DNA of 63,876 nt, filler included, from Folioceros fuciformis (Eukaryota): the NCBI GenBank assembly GCA_049999805.1. It is 16 parts of 16 records of this genome, joined end to end, with 100 filler letters (N's around TTAATTAATTAA, not from the genome) between each part and the next. Parts side by side here need not be neighbours in the genome. Positions count along the whole stretch, not along the records: positions 1 to 5,329 come from JBNGIO010006614.1; positions 5,430 to 7,221 come from JBNGIO010006616.1; positions 7,322 to 8,701 come from JBNGIO010006617.1; positions 8,802 to 14,583 come from JBNGIO010006619.1; 12 more parts are not named here. The stretch is one strand, 5' to 3'. Shown piece after piece: positions 1 to 11,800 of the stretch. Position numbers and translations under genes: made by a program. How positions within the stretch are numbered: the first letter of the stretch is position 1; each line of letters starts with the position of its first letter. The notes under the pieces were generated by a model. That model worked only from the letters and a program-made list of their open reading frames with translations. It did no database searches and was not told where the DNA came from.

Positions 1-47
1 TCTCCTCTCCTACACTTGCACGTAGACTGGAGTCGATCCTATTGACA

Positions 48-60
48 TGGTATCAGAGCC
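48..60 (+). promoter_or_regulatory. Primer binding site (tRNA-iMet)
   Basis: TGGTATCAGAGCC directly after the LTR end ...TGACA. Confidence 0.93.
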
Positions 61-153
61 CGGTGCAGGCGATCTTGCTCGGCGTAGGAGGTGCTGCAAG
101 AGGCAGCAAGAGTGCACACCAGAAGCTAGAGCAGCTACGAGAAGTTGGGGCAG

Positions 154-241
154 CTTGGAGGGAGATCGGCAGCAAGCGTCCCGGCAGCTAACTCTCACTT
201 GGAGGGAGATCGGCAGCAAGCGTCCCGGCAGCTAACTCTCA
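154..241 (+). repeat. 44-bp tandem duplication in copia 5' leader
   Basis: cttggagggagatcggcagcaagcgtcccggcagctaactctca occurs twice (154-197, 198-241). Confidence 0.9.
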
Positions 242-653
242 TATCGGTGTGTGTAGGAAGTGAGGAGAAGGGCGACAAGGCCCTGTCAGCTTACTAGACT
301 AGCTGTTGATCCCCAGAGCTCTGTGGAAGGGCTGACAAGTGGAGGCAACAACTGCAATAGCCTCAGCAGCTGCAAGAAAGTGTGCTAACCCTAGCTTGGC
401 AGCAGGGAAGGAATTGACAGGAAATCTCACGGGAGCTTTGTGGGCAGACAGTCAAGAGTCTGTAAGGACACGGAGCTTGAGACAATCTGGTTCACGCAAG
501 GCAGCGTGATTCCGCACCAGATTGCTCTTAGGAAGAAGAGACTTAAGGTCTTGTGAGTAAAACTCCAGTCAGAAGCAGTCTGGTTCTTTCAGACATTTAT
601 CAGGTGTGAGTACTCAAGAAAGGATTGAGTGTCAACCTTGAGTGGTGGCAAGA

Positions 654-3600
654 ATGGCCAGTGACAGTATTAACCAGATCGTACAGGAGAAGCTGGACAA
701 AAACAACTTCCATGCCTGGAAGTTTCGTTTTACAAACTTTCTTATGGGAAAGGGTTATTGGGACTACATTGATGGGGAGCATGAAAAACCCCCTGTAGTA
801 CTTGAACGGAATGCAACAGCGGAGCAGATTAAGGCGCTGAAGGATTGGAGTCAAGGATCTCGGAAGGTCATGTATTGGCTGTCAATCAGCATTCATGACA
901 CCATGATTGGGCACATATAGGATGCAGAGTCGCCCAAAGAAGCATGGGATGAGTTGGTAAAACTCTATGAGACTAACACGAAGGCGAGAAAACTGCAGTT
1001 GAAGAATGACTTTCAACACAGTTATGAAGAAGAACTTATCAATCAATGAGTACGCGTTAAAGATCAAAGGGATAGTGGAATCCCTTGCGTCCATTGGTGT
1101 CAATGTGGAAGATGATGACAAGGTCGAAGTTTTCTTGCGCGGGTTAACACCTGCCTACAAGCAGTTCAAGACTTCCATACAGACTCGGGAAAACATTCCC
1201 AATTTCTCAGACCTGATTTCTATGTTGATCATAGAGGAGAAAAACCTAGGCGAGGAATCATCCTCTAAGCCTAAGGAAAACTCTGAGCAGGCCTTCTACT
1301 CTGGCAGAGGCAGAGGTAGAGCCCAAGGTGGCAGAGGGCAAAGAGGTGGTAGAGGTCGGAATCCCTACCAAAATCAACAACAGAATCAGGAGTCCTAGTA
1401 CAAGAGTACACGTGGAAGAGGAGAAAATTCTCGAGGCTGGGGGAGTCAAAGAGGACGTGGAAATCAACAACAAAATGATGCAAATGCAGACAATAGTGGT
1501 TGCTGGACTTGTGGTAGGTTAGACCACTTCGAAAGAGACTGTCCTAGGAGAAATCAAGGCAACAGGAGGCAGCAGAACAATTATGCCTCTAGCAGCAATC
1601 AGAATGACTCAGAAAACTTGTTTGTCATGCAGCATATGCTTAACTCTGTGTCTGCTAATGGATCCAACAATGGTGAGATTGTGTGGTATGTGGACTCAGG
1701 AGCTTCGAACCACATGACATGCCATGGGGAGTGGTTCAAAGAAATGCAAGTGCTTGACAAACCTGGATATGTAGAAACTGGAGATGACACAACACATGCA
1801 ATTGTGCATACAGGAACTGTACCTCTGAAGATGCAGGATGGCAAAGTGAAGTGCCTGGTAGATGTTCTTCACGTACCCAACATCACAAAGAACTTGGTGT
1901 CAGTTGGGCAGATGGTTGAGCAAGGACTGCAGGTTAGATTTACACCTGCAGGACTCTTTGTTGAAGAGTGCAAGAAAGGCGGTCGCCTGATTGCTCAAGG
2001 ACAGAAGGTTGGACGGATGTTCACCTTGAACCTGGAGGTTCCTAAGCTGAAGTCAGCCATGTTTCCGAAGGGTACAAGGGTAGTGACAGACCTAGAGATG
2101 TGGCACAAACGCATTGGACATGTAAATGTGCAAAAGTTGAAGTCCATGCAGCATCAGAAGGTTGTCACAAGCATACCCAAGCTTACAGAAAATGGACTGC
2201 AAGGTATATGTGAAGCATGTCAACTTGGGAAACAACCTAGGAATGCGTTCCCCCATGACAAACATGTCAGCAGATATGTGTTGGATGTTGTGCATTCAGA
2301 TGTATGGGGTCATACACAGACTGCATCAATCGGAGGCTGCAAGTACTATGTGACCTTCATTGACGACCACACAAGGAAGGTGTGGGTCTATTTCATGAAA
2401 GAAAAAAGTGAAGTGATCACTCATTTTCATACTTTCAAGGCGATGGTTGAGAAGCAGACAGGTAGGCACATCAAATGCCTAAGATCTGATGGAGGGGGAG
2501 AGTACTTCTCCAGAGAGTTCAGCAAATTCTTATCAGAACAGGGCATTCAACGGCAGTACTCATGTCGTTATACGCCACAACAAAATGGAGTTGCAAAGCG
2601 CAAGAACAGGCACATAGCAGAAGTGGCGAAAGCCTTGATGACAGAGAAGAAGATGCCTCACTACTATTGGGCTGAAGCTGTAAGCACAGCAGTGTACATC
2701 ATGAACAGAACTCCCACAGCAGCGGTGCACAGTGTAACACCGGAGGAGAAGTTCACAGGGAAGAAACCTGACTTGTCACACTTAAAGGTATTTGGTTGCA
2801 TTGCTTATGTCCATATTCCGGATGAGTTGCGGACTAAGCTTGATCCAAAAGCAGAAAAGTGTGTCTTCATTGGGTATTCTGTTACACAGAAAGGATACAG
2901 GTGCTACAATCCCAGTACACGGACTATGAGAGTAAGCAGAGACGTAGTCTTTGATGAAATGGGTAGCTGGTACTTTGAAGTACAAGGAAGTAGTGTAGCT
3001 GNNNNNNNNNNNNNNNNNNNNNNNNNNNNNNNNNNNNNNNNNNNNNNNNNNNNNNNNNNNNNNNNNNNNNNNNNNNNNNNNNNNNNNNNNNNNNNNNNNN
3101 NATGCAGGTCAACAATCACAAGTGTTGAGTGGACCGCAAGCGTCATCAAACTCGACAAATGTTCAGAATCCATGGAGTGGCAGGTTGCGAGGTAGTGTGA
3201 GTCCTACGAGCTCCACAGCTGTGTCTCGCAAAGGGAAGGAAAAAGTCCAGGATTCAAAGATACCAGACCTAAGTGCAGGTGCGGATGATTCAAGCGACTC
3301 TGAGCAGAGCTTGGATGAGGAATCCGGTGTACCGAAAATCGAAACACCTGGTGCAAAAGAGGTTCAATCAGCCCCTGGAAGTGGTTCAATCCCACGGAGA
3401 TCTGGAAGGCAGAAGGTTCCAATACAGCGGTTGACCTATGATAGCTATGTAGCTAGGCACCATGCCTATATGGCAAAGGTTGTACAGGATGTGGAACCAA
3501 GAAGCTTTGAAGAAGCTATTGGAGACACAAAGTGGGAACATGCTATGGATGAAGAAATGAATGCGTTAAATCAGAATGCAACACGGGACCTAGTACAACT

Positions 3601-5023
3601 ACCTGAAGGCAAGAAACCAATAGGTTGCAAATGGGTGTACAAGGTCAAACACAACGCAGATGGTAGTATCAACAGGTACAAGGCAAGGCTTGTGGCCAAG
3701 GGATATGCCCAGACATATGGAATAGATTTTGAGGAGACGTTCAGTCCAGTTGCCAAAATGGCAACAATTCGAACCGTGATCGCACTAGCGGCATCGAAAG
3801 GTTGGGTCCTACATCATATGGATGTGAAGAATGCGTTTTTACATGGAGAATTGCTGGAAGAAGTATACATGGACCAGCCACCAGGATATGAGGATTTGGA
3901 TCATCCAAATCATGTGTGCAAGCTGAAAAAAACGTTGTACGGACTGAAGCAAGCCCCGAGGGCTTGGCATGAGCGTCTTGCTCAGCATCTGATTCACATC
4001 AGATTCAACATGGCAGATGCGGATCATTCGTTGTATGTGTGCAAAAGTACAAAACGACTGGTCTTTGTGACCATTTATGTGGATGATCTAATCATTGGAG
4101 GTAATCAGTTGGATCAAGTGGAGCAGATCAAGGAACTTCTACAACAAGAGTTCAAGATGGCGGACCTAGGTGAACTGAGGTTCTTTTTGGGCATTGAAAT
4201 TATACGAACCAACACAGGCATTTGGCTGTCACAGCGGAAGTATGCGTCGGATGTACTAACTAAGTATGGTATGGTTGAGTGCAAGCCAATCTCGATTCCT
4301 TTGGATCAAAATCTAAAGCTCAGTGCTCATGATGGTGAAGCACTTGAAGATCCAACAATGTACAGGAAGATTGTGGGTAGCTTGATATATCTCACTCTAT
4401 CCCGACCAGATTTGAACTATACAGTGGGATTGCAAAGTCAGTTTATGCAGGCGCCAAGAAAGCCACATTTGGATGCAGTAAGGCGAATGTTGCGCTATGT
4501 GAAGGCAACTATGGATCATGCTCTCTTTTATGTTGCAGATTTAGAAATAAACCTGTGTGGATACACAGACGCAGATTGGGCAGGCAGTGTTACTGATCGT
4601 AGATCTACAAGTGGATTCACTTTTTCACTTGGGAGTGCAGCAATTACATGGAGTAGCAAGAAGCAGCCTACAGTGGCTTTGTCTAGTACAGAAGCTGAAT
4701 ACAGAGGCGCAGCAATGGCAGCGTGTGAAGTGACTTGGATTTGTAAGTTACTCGGAGATTTTGGATTGCAGGTCAACGACAAGGTTGTTATCTACTGTGA
4801 CAATCTTAGCAGCATACAGTTGGCGCGAAACCCAGTGTTTCATGCCAGGACAAAACACATTGAAATACATTATCATTTTCTTCGCGAAAGGATTTTATCT
4901 GGAGCTATTGATCTTGTGTATGTCAACACAGACGAGCAGATAGCCGATATATTTACTAAGCCAATGGGAGCAGAGAAGCTGAAGAAATTCCGAGCTATGT
5001 TAGGCGTACAGATGCTATGTTGA
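654..5023 (+). pseudogene. copia gag-pol polyprotein, disrupted
   Basis: Gag broken by TAG at 918-920, a frameshift near 1006 and TAG at 1396-1398; PR/IN in ORF 1618-3195 and RT/RNase H in ORF 3122-5023 across an N gap. Confidence 0.92.
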
Positions 5024-5036
5024 GCTCAAGGGGGAG

Positions 5037-5329
5037 TGTTGAGTTATCGAGCTCTATATGAGCTAAACTCATGTGGTGTTAGTTATCCCAGTTGGGTTCA
5101 TACTAGACTAGTTCTAGTTATTAGTGAACTTAGGATAGTGTAGATTATCCCATATTGAACCTGGAAGTTGTGTAGCCCTAAATGTACTACTTAAATGGAG
5201 ACCTCGGACCTCCATAGTAAGACAGTGGTGATGTGTATTGTTTTCATGGTTGTGATCACCAATACCACCCTCTCTTCTCTCCTCTCCTCTCCTACACTTG
5301 CACGTAGACTGGAGTCGATCCTATTGACA
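5037..5329 (+). repeat. 3' LTR (293 bp, TG..CA)
   Basis: Starts TGTTG after PPT AAGGGGGAG; last 47 bp are identical to positions 1-47. Confidence 0.92.
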
Positions 5330-5429
5330 NNNNNNNNNNNNNNNNNNNNNNNNNNNNNNNNNNNNNNNNNNNNTTAATTAATTAANNNNNNNNNNNNNNN
5401 NNNNNNNNNNNNNNNNNNNNNNNNNNNNN
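5330..5429. other. Artificial contig linker (N44-TTAATTAATTAA-N44); first of 15
   Basis: The identical 12-mer (stops in all six frames) flanked by Ns starts at 5374, 7266, 8746, 14628, 18249, 26993, 33180, 38016, 44304, 45586, 47684, 49879, 51509, 57689 and 59219. Neighbouring contigs are not necessarily adjacent in the genome. Confidence 0.97.
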
Positions 5430-5489
5430 AACGCTGAATTGATGTAAACTGGGCTTCAGTAGCGGGCTTGCAAGGACTGCCTAACGAAC

Positions 5490-5565
5490 CATAGGCACTG
5501 TCAACCAGATGTTTGAAATCGTCTAGGGTTCCAAAGCGACTACTTACCGCGAACATATTCGTAAC
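5490..5565 (-). pseudogene. Starch branching enzyme (GH13, SBE3-like) exon fragment
   Basis: Bounded by cag| and |gttcgt; translates VTNMFAVSSRFGTLDDFKHLVDSAYG, matching the branching-enzyme VTNFFAVSSRFGTPDDFKxLVD segment. Confidence 0.8.
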
Positions 5566-5668
5566 CTGCTCAGTTGGCAAAATTCTGGACATAAAATGGG
5601 TGCGGGGTGAGAGATAGTGGGAGAATCGAAAAGCCTTTGCCGGTTGAGGTTTGCGGGCGTGTCTATCT

Positions 5669-6531
5669 ATGGCGGCTTTGCTGGTGCCGATTAGCGGCTC
5701 TGCTTCTGGATCACTCATGGGCTTGAGTATGCCAAGAAGAGATTATGCTCGGGATAGGCATGTCAAGGCTTTCAGTGTTAGAGCTTCCTATATGGACCCT
5801 TTGTTGACCATGTTGAGAACCGACAAGGACCCCGAGAGGCAACAGATGGTCATTGATTCAGTCAAGATGCTGCATGAAGAAACCATCCAGGTCTCGAGGG
5901 CTAGGGAGCAAGCCGTGCAGGAGGCCATAGAAGCTTCGAGGGCTAGGGAGCAAGCCTTGCAGCAGGCNNNNNNNNNNNNNNNNNNNNNNNNNNNNNNNNN
6001 NNNNNNNNNNNNNNNNNNNNNNNNNNNNNNNNNNNNNNNNNNNNNNNNNNNNNNNNNNNNNNNNNNNAAGCTTCGAGGGCTATGGAGCGGGCTATTTCTG
6101 CCTGTGAACGAAGAATTCGGGATCTCGAATTCGATCTCTTAACGGCAAAAAGCACCAACAACTTGAGAGGCCTTTTCGAGTTCTTTGAAGAACACTTGAA
6201 GGCGAAGTATGGAGACACCAAGGGTAGAAGAACCAGAGCTGATTGGTGGCGGTATTTTCTATCCTCAGATGTGAAGTTGTTTCAGTGTATCAAGATCTCT
6301 GGAGGTTGGCAATCCATTGATGATCAAGTTAGAGCCATGGTGGATATATACAAAATTCTTTCTGCCCATGTTCACGACGATAAATTTCGTGTCCTTTCGC
6401 GACTTGAAAGGCAGAATGGAGCATGGAAGATATCCAGGTTTCCACTAACATTTGCTCAAGCTTCGGCAATAGTTTGCATAGCTGACTCTGTAGGCTATCA
6501 CGTAGTGATAATAGATTCGGATGACTCATAA
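5669..6531 (+). CDS. Unknown protein: putative plastid transit peptide + (AIEASRAREQAVQQ)n coiled-coil repeats + C-terminal globular domain
   Basis: ATG 5669; Ser/Arg-rich N-terminus ending FSVRA-S; repeats run into the N gap; C-terminal part in ORF 6082-6531; intronless. Confidence 0.65.
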
Positions 6532-6956
6532 ATTTCAATGCAACCTTTTTTACTATGAGGATGTGAACTGTGAACTATGGACAAAGAATGTTCACAACTT
6601 GTGAACTATGGACAAAGAGAATGTCTGCTGTATTTGTTCTCGTACATTTGTTTCCAACTTCGGCAAGCGGTGCATACTCGTTTTGGCCATGGTAGCCTTC
6701 TCAACAGCTTTCTCGACGTTGAGCGAATGCGCTGCAACCACGTGAGCATATCAACCACACCCTGTACTCTGTGACTGATGGTTTCTTCTCATGTTGATGG
6801 CATTGGTGTGTGCTGTAAGGAAAATTCTTCTAATGCCTGTAGCAGCAGATGTAATGACCTGTATATCCGGCAGGTTGAACCTGCTGAGACAAAGGATGTG
6901 AATGTGTTCTGCAGGATGGACGATGATGCTAAGTTGATCTTAACCAATCTATTCAG

Positions 6957-7130
6957 ATGTTGGGAGTAATACATTTAGCGCCTGTATGTGGAATCCACCT
7001 CAACAGCGGCACCAATGGCATGCCGCACAAGAGTCCCGAGAGACCACAGCCATTACGGATTTATGAATGTCATGTCGGAATAAGTGGAGAAGAACTTGGT
7101 GTAACAACGTTCCAACAGTTCACTGCGAAG
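6957..7130 (+). pseudogene. Starch branching enzyme (SBE3-like) exon fragment with frameshift
   Basis: cag| ...MWNPPQQRHQW [+1 shift] HKSPERPQPLRIYECHVGISGEELGVTTFQQFTAK |gcaagt; RIYECHVG is a branching-enzyme motif. Confidence 0.78.
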
Positions 7131-7321
7131 GCAAGTATGGATTGAGTCTGGTGGTTCGTTGCCTTTGTTTTGTTCCCTGCTCAGAATGTCTGTAGTATGT
7201 AGTTTGCAGTCTGAGAAACCANNNNNNNNNNNNNNNNNNNNNNNNNNNNNNNNNNNNNNNNNNNNTTAATTAATTAANNNNNNNNNNNNNNNNNNNNNNN
7301 NNNNNNNNNNNNNNNNNNNNN

Positions 7322-8011
7322 AGGGAGCAAGCCTTGCAGCAGGCTAAGGAGCAAGCCGTGCAGCAGGCTAGGGAGCAAGCCTTTGAGCAGGCCATAGAAG
7401 CTTCGAGGGCTAGGGAGCAAGCCGTGCAGCAGGCTAGGGAGCAAGCCTTTGAGCAGGCCATAGAAGCTTCGAGGGCTAAGGAGCAAGCCTTGCAGCAGGC
7501 CATAGAAGCCGGGCAGCGGGCCGTAGAAGCCGGGCAGCGGGCCGTAGAAGCTTCGAGGGCTAAGGAGCTGGCTATTTCTTTCTGTCAACGAAGAATTCAG
7601 GATCTCGAATTCGATCTCTTAACGGCAAAAAGCACCAACAACTTGAGAGGCCTGTTCGAGTTCTTTGAAGAACACTTGAAGGCGAAGTATGGAGACACCA
7701 AGGATAGAAGAACCAGAGCTGATTGGTGGCGGTATTTTCTATCCTCAGATGTGAAGTTGTATCAGTGTATCAAGATCTCTGGAGGTTGGCAATCCATTGA
7801 TGATCAAGTTAGAGCCATGGTGGATATATACAAAATTCTTTCTGCCCATGTTCACGACGATAAATTTCGTGTCCTTTCGCAACTTGAAAGGCAGAATGGA
7901 GCATGGAAGATATCCAGGTTTCCACTAACATTTGCTCAAGCTTCGGCAATAGTTTGCATAGCTGACTCTGTAGGCTATCACGTAGTGATAATAGATTCGG
8001 ATGACTCATAA
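7322..8011 (+). CDS. Second near-identical copy (allele or paralogue) of the repeat/coiled-coil protein, 5' partial
   Basis: ORF 7334-8011 is open from the contig start; its C-terminal domain differs from 6082-6531 by only a few residues and the repeat block differs. Confidence 0.65.
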   Translation, partial: REQALQQAKEQAVQQAREQAFEQAIEASRAREQAVQQAREQAFEQAIEASRAKEQALQQAIEAGQRAVEAGQRAVEASRAKELAISFCQRRIQDLEFDLLTAKSTNNLRGLFEFFEEHLKAKYGDTKDRRTRADWWRYFLSSDVKLYQCIKISGGWQSIDDQVRAMVDIYKILSAHVHDDKFRVLSQLERQNGAWKISRFPLTFAQASAIVCIADSVGYHVVIIDSDDS

Positions 8012-8436
8012 ATTTCAATGTAACCTTTTTTACTATGAGGATGTGAACTGTGAACTATGGACAAAGAATGTTCACAACTTGTGAACTATGGACAAAGAGA
8101 ATGTCTGCTGTATTTGTTCTCGTACATTTGTTTCCAACTTCGGCAAGCGGTGCATACTCGTTTTGGCCATGGTAGCCTTCTCAACAGCTTTCTCGACGTT
8201 GAGCGAATGCGCTGCAACCACGTGAGCATATCAACCACACCCTGTACTCTGTGACTGATGGTTTCTTCTAATGTTGATGGCATTGGTGTGTGCTGTAAGG
8301 AAAATTCTTCTAATGCCTGTAGCAGCAGATGTAATGACCTGTATATCCGGCAGGTTGAACCTGCTGAGACAAAGGATGTGAATGTGTTCTGCAGGATGGA
8401 CGATGATGCTAAGTTGATCTTAACCAATCTATTCAG

Positions 8437-8610
8437 ATGTTGGGAGTAATACATTTAGCGCCTGTATGTGGAATCCACCTCAACAGCGGCACCAATGGCA
8501 TGCCGCACAAGAGTCCCGAGAGACCACAGCCATTACGGATTTATGAATGTCATGTCGGAATAAGTGGAGAAGAACTTGGTGTAACAACGTTCCAACAGTT
8601 TACTGCGAAG
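8437..8610 (+). pseudogene. Duplicate SBE3-like exon fragment
   Basis: Near-identical to 6957-7130. Confidence 0.78.
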
Positions 8611-8801
8611 GCAAGTATGGATTGAGTCTGGTGGTTCGTTGCCTTTGTTTTGTGCCCTGCTCAGAATGTCTGTAGTATGTAGTTTGCAGTCTGAGAAACC
8701 ANNNNNNNNNNNNNNNNNNNNNNNNNNNNNNNNNNNNNNNNNNNNTTAATTAATTAANNNNNNNNNNNNNNNNNNNNNNNNNNNNNNNNNNNNNNNNNNN
8801 N

Positions 8802-11800
8802 AAAAAGCCTCTATTATGCTTCATGAACTCATACATATAGGAGCGGGGTGCTTCTTGCCAAGAAGGGCACCCGCAACCGTAGTTTGTTTCAAATCTTGGT
8901 ATCTCGGGTTAAGTTAACCTATATGCTAAAGAAGGTTAGTCCTAGGGTTAAGATTAGGTTTTGTACTTGACCCCGTCTTACTATTCACTATACCTATTTA
9001 TCCTTACTTAATCCCACTAGATATGGATAAACTATAAACGCGTCTGAACTTGGTGAGGTTCCCACTGCTGTGTTCCCGGCGGCTAGGTCAGCTCCGTTGC
9101 CAGGTGACCTATTGACTGATGGATGCAAGAGGCCAACTCGTCGTCCTATTTCATCCTCCCCCACTTGCTGAGGCCGGGTCCGCCTGGCCTCCTGATTTGC
9201 TATGTGCTGAAATCTGACGGTGAAGTTGGGGGGACTGTTCACAAAACGCCTGAGGTTCCCAAGTCGCTACTGAATTTGGTTCATCATTCCAAGCGACTAG
9301 GAAATCCGAGGTGCGGCGCCGCCAGAGCTGTCAGTCTCGGTGCTGCAGGATGCGATCTGGCTGGTGTGGTATGCTAGGAGCTGGGTAGTTGGAGCTATCG
9401 CCGAAGCCTCCGTGGGTGACCCCCTGACCGAGGTCTGATGTGTGCGGGGGAGGTGGCATAGGGCTGGCGCTGTCCTGATCTGTTGGGGCGGTGACTGGCG
9501 TTGTGTTTCTCCACTGGTCACTAGGCGGTAGTGAAGCATCGCTGGAGATTGGTTTGGGGACCAGATTAGGCCGTCGCTCAAGTATCAGTTTCAACATAGA
9601 AACATGGAAGGTGCAGCATAGGCGCCATCCATCCGAGAGGTCAAGCTGATAGGCCACTGGATTGATGCGCCTTGTGATCCGGAAGGGGCCTGCAAAACGG
9701 TAAGAGAGCTTGCCCTTCTGTTGGATCAGATGTGGGTACCTGTGGGGCTTGATCCGGAGCCAAACGAGTTGACCAGCCTCGTACTGAACTTCACGGCAGT
9801 GTTTGTTAGCAGCCGTGGTGTTCCGGTCTTGGGCGGCTTGAAGTTTCTGTCGGGTGAGCTTGATCTCGTGCCACACGTCCTCAGCCACCTCGGCGGCACA
9901 GCGCCACTTCTCCTGGTTGCTAGGCCACAAACCTGGTGGAGGAGGGGTCTCCCCATACAAGAGCTTGAAGGGTGTGACTCCCGTCGCTGCATGCTTGGAC
10001 GAATTGTAGGCGTATTCGAGCAAGGGCTGTAACTCCTCCCACCTTGTATGTTTCTCGTGCGTGAAATGTATGAGCATGTCCTCAAGCACCTGATTTTGCT
10101 TTTCCATCTGTTCATTTGTCTCCGGATGGTATGCTGTGGACATATTGGTTTTGATGCCTAGGGTTTCGGTAAAGGACTTCCAGAACCCAGACGTGAACTT
10201 GGCGTCTTGGTCAGACACAATATCTTCTGGTGCCCCACGTAGTCGGAAGATCTCTCGGATGAAAAGACTGGCCAGCTTGGGAGCTGTGATGGTGGACGTA
10301 ACGGGAATAAAATGACAGGTCTTGGAAAACCTGTCCATGACGACCCAGATACCATCCTTGCCCGTTCGTGTATGAGGTAAGCTGGTGATAAAATCCATAG
10401 AGATAATTCTAAACCATCCATGTGGAATGGGGAGGGCCTGTAACAATTCTGGTTGCTTCTGATGATTGGTTTTAACCTATTGGCATGATTTGCAAGAACG
10501 TACCCACTCTACACAATCTGCTCTAAGTCCTTCCCACTGGTAGTACTCCTTAACTCGTGTGTATGTTTTATCAATCCCAAGGTGACCAAAGATGGGGGAA
10601 TTGTGATTGTCATGAAGGATTGAGATTTCAACTCCTTCAAGTGTGCGGGTATCATGAGCCTCCCCTTCTTGTAGATGCAAGCATCCTTGAGGGTGTGTTC
10701 TTGAGTGAGGGTTGTTGGGGTACCTGCAGCTGCATCAACAAGGAGTTGTGTGTAGAGTTGGTGAAGAGCAGGGTCTGCAGGAATTTTTGACCTGACTAGC
10801 TGGATCATTTTGGAATGGGTGGTGAGGATGGAGCAGGCACGCCTGCTAAGGGCATCTGCCACCACATTGGAAGGGCCTGCAACATACTTGATCTCAACAT
10901 TGAAGTCAGCAAGATACTCTGCCCACCTGCGTTGCCTAGCATTGAGGTTAGGTTGTGAGAAAAAGTGTTGCAGCGAATGATGGTCTGTGTGGCATGTCAC
11001 CTTCTGCTCGAGGAGGTAATGCCTCCAGATTTTCAGGGCATGTGTGATTGCTAACATTTCCTTATCATGGACAGGATAGTTGAGCTGGGCTCCTTGTAAC
11101 TTCCTAGATTCATATGCAATGACCCTATTGTTCTGTGACAACACGGCACCCATAGCATAATCAGATGCATCCGTGTGAATGGTGTATGCTTGGTGTGGGT
11201 CAGCGACTACGAGCATTGCTGAGGACTTGCTTGAGGGTGTCAAAGGCTTGCAGCGCCTCCTGGCCGAGTTGCAAGGGTCGGCTGACAAACTGGCGAAGGG
11301 CATCTGTAAGGGGTACTGCTATCCTGCTAAAGTCCTGGATGAAACGATGGTAAAACCCTGCCATACCAAGGAAGCCCCACAGTTGTGTGAGATCCTGAGG
11401 TAAAGGCCACTCCACGATTGCCTTGATTTTCCTGGGATCCACACTGATGCCTGCTGCGTTGATAATGTGTCCTAGGTAGTCACACTCTGTTCGTATGAAG
11501 ACACATTTGCTCCGCTTAGCCTTGAGTTGATTGACGCGTAGCAATTCTAGGACTGTCCTGACCAGCTGGTGGTGTGTGTCTGGGTCACGAGTGTATATGA
11601 GAATATCATCTAAGAAGACCTCTACTCCATGCCCTAGCAGGGGTCTGAGAATTTCGTGCATGAGGCACCGGAAAGTGGCAGGGGCATTGGTGAGGCCAAA
11701 GGGCATCACCCTTAACTCAAAATGCCCATGGCGAGTGCGGAAGGCAGTCTTGTACTCGTCTCCGTCCTTTATGCAAATTTGGTGGAAGCCATATCTCAAA

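Larger units (their letters stand above)
1..5329 (+). mobile_element. Ty1/copia LTR retrotransposon (degenerate, near full length)
   Basis: LTR end 1-47, PBS 48-60, gag-PR(VDSGAS)-IN(HSDVWG, LRSDGGGEY)-RT(YVDD)-RNase H(DADWAG) in copia order, PPT 5028-5036, 3' LTR 5037-5329. Confidence 0.97.

Noticed and set aside
5374-5385. Recurrent palindromic TTAATTAATTAA
   Set aside because: Always centred in N runs of fixed length, so it is an assembly concatenation linker; ORFs crossing it are artefacts.
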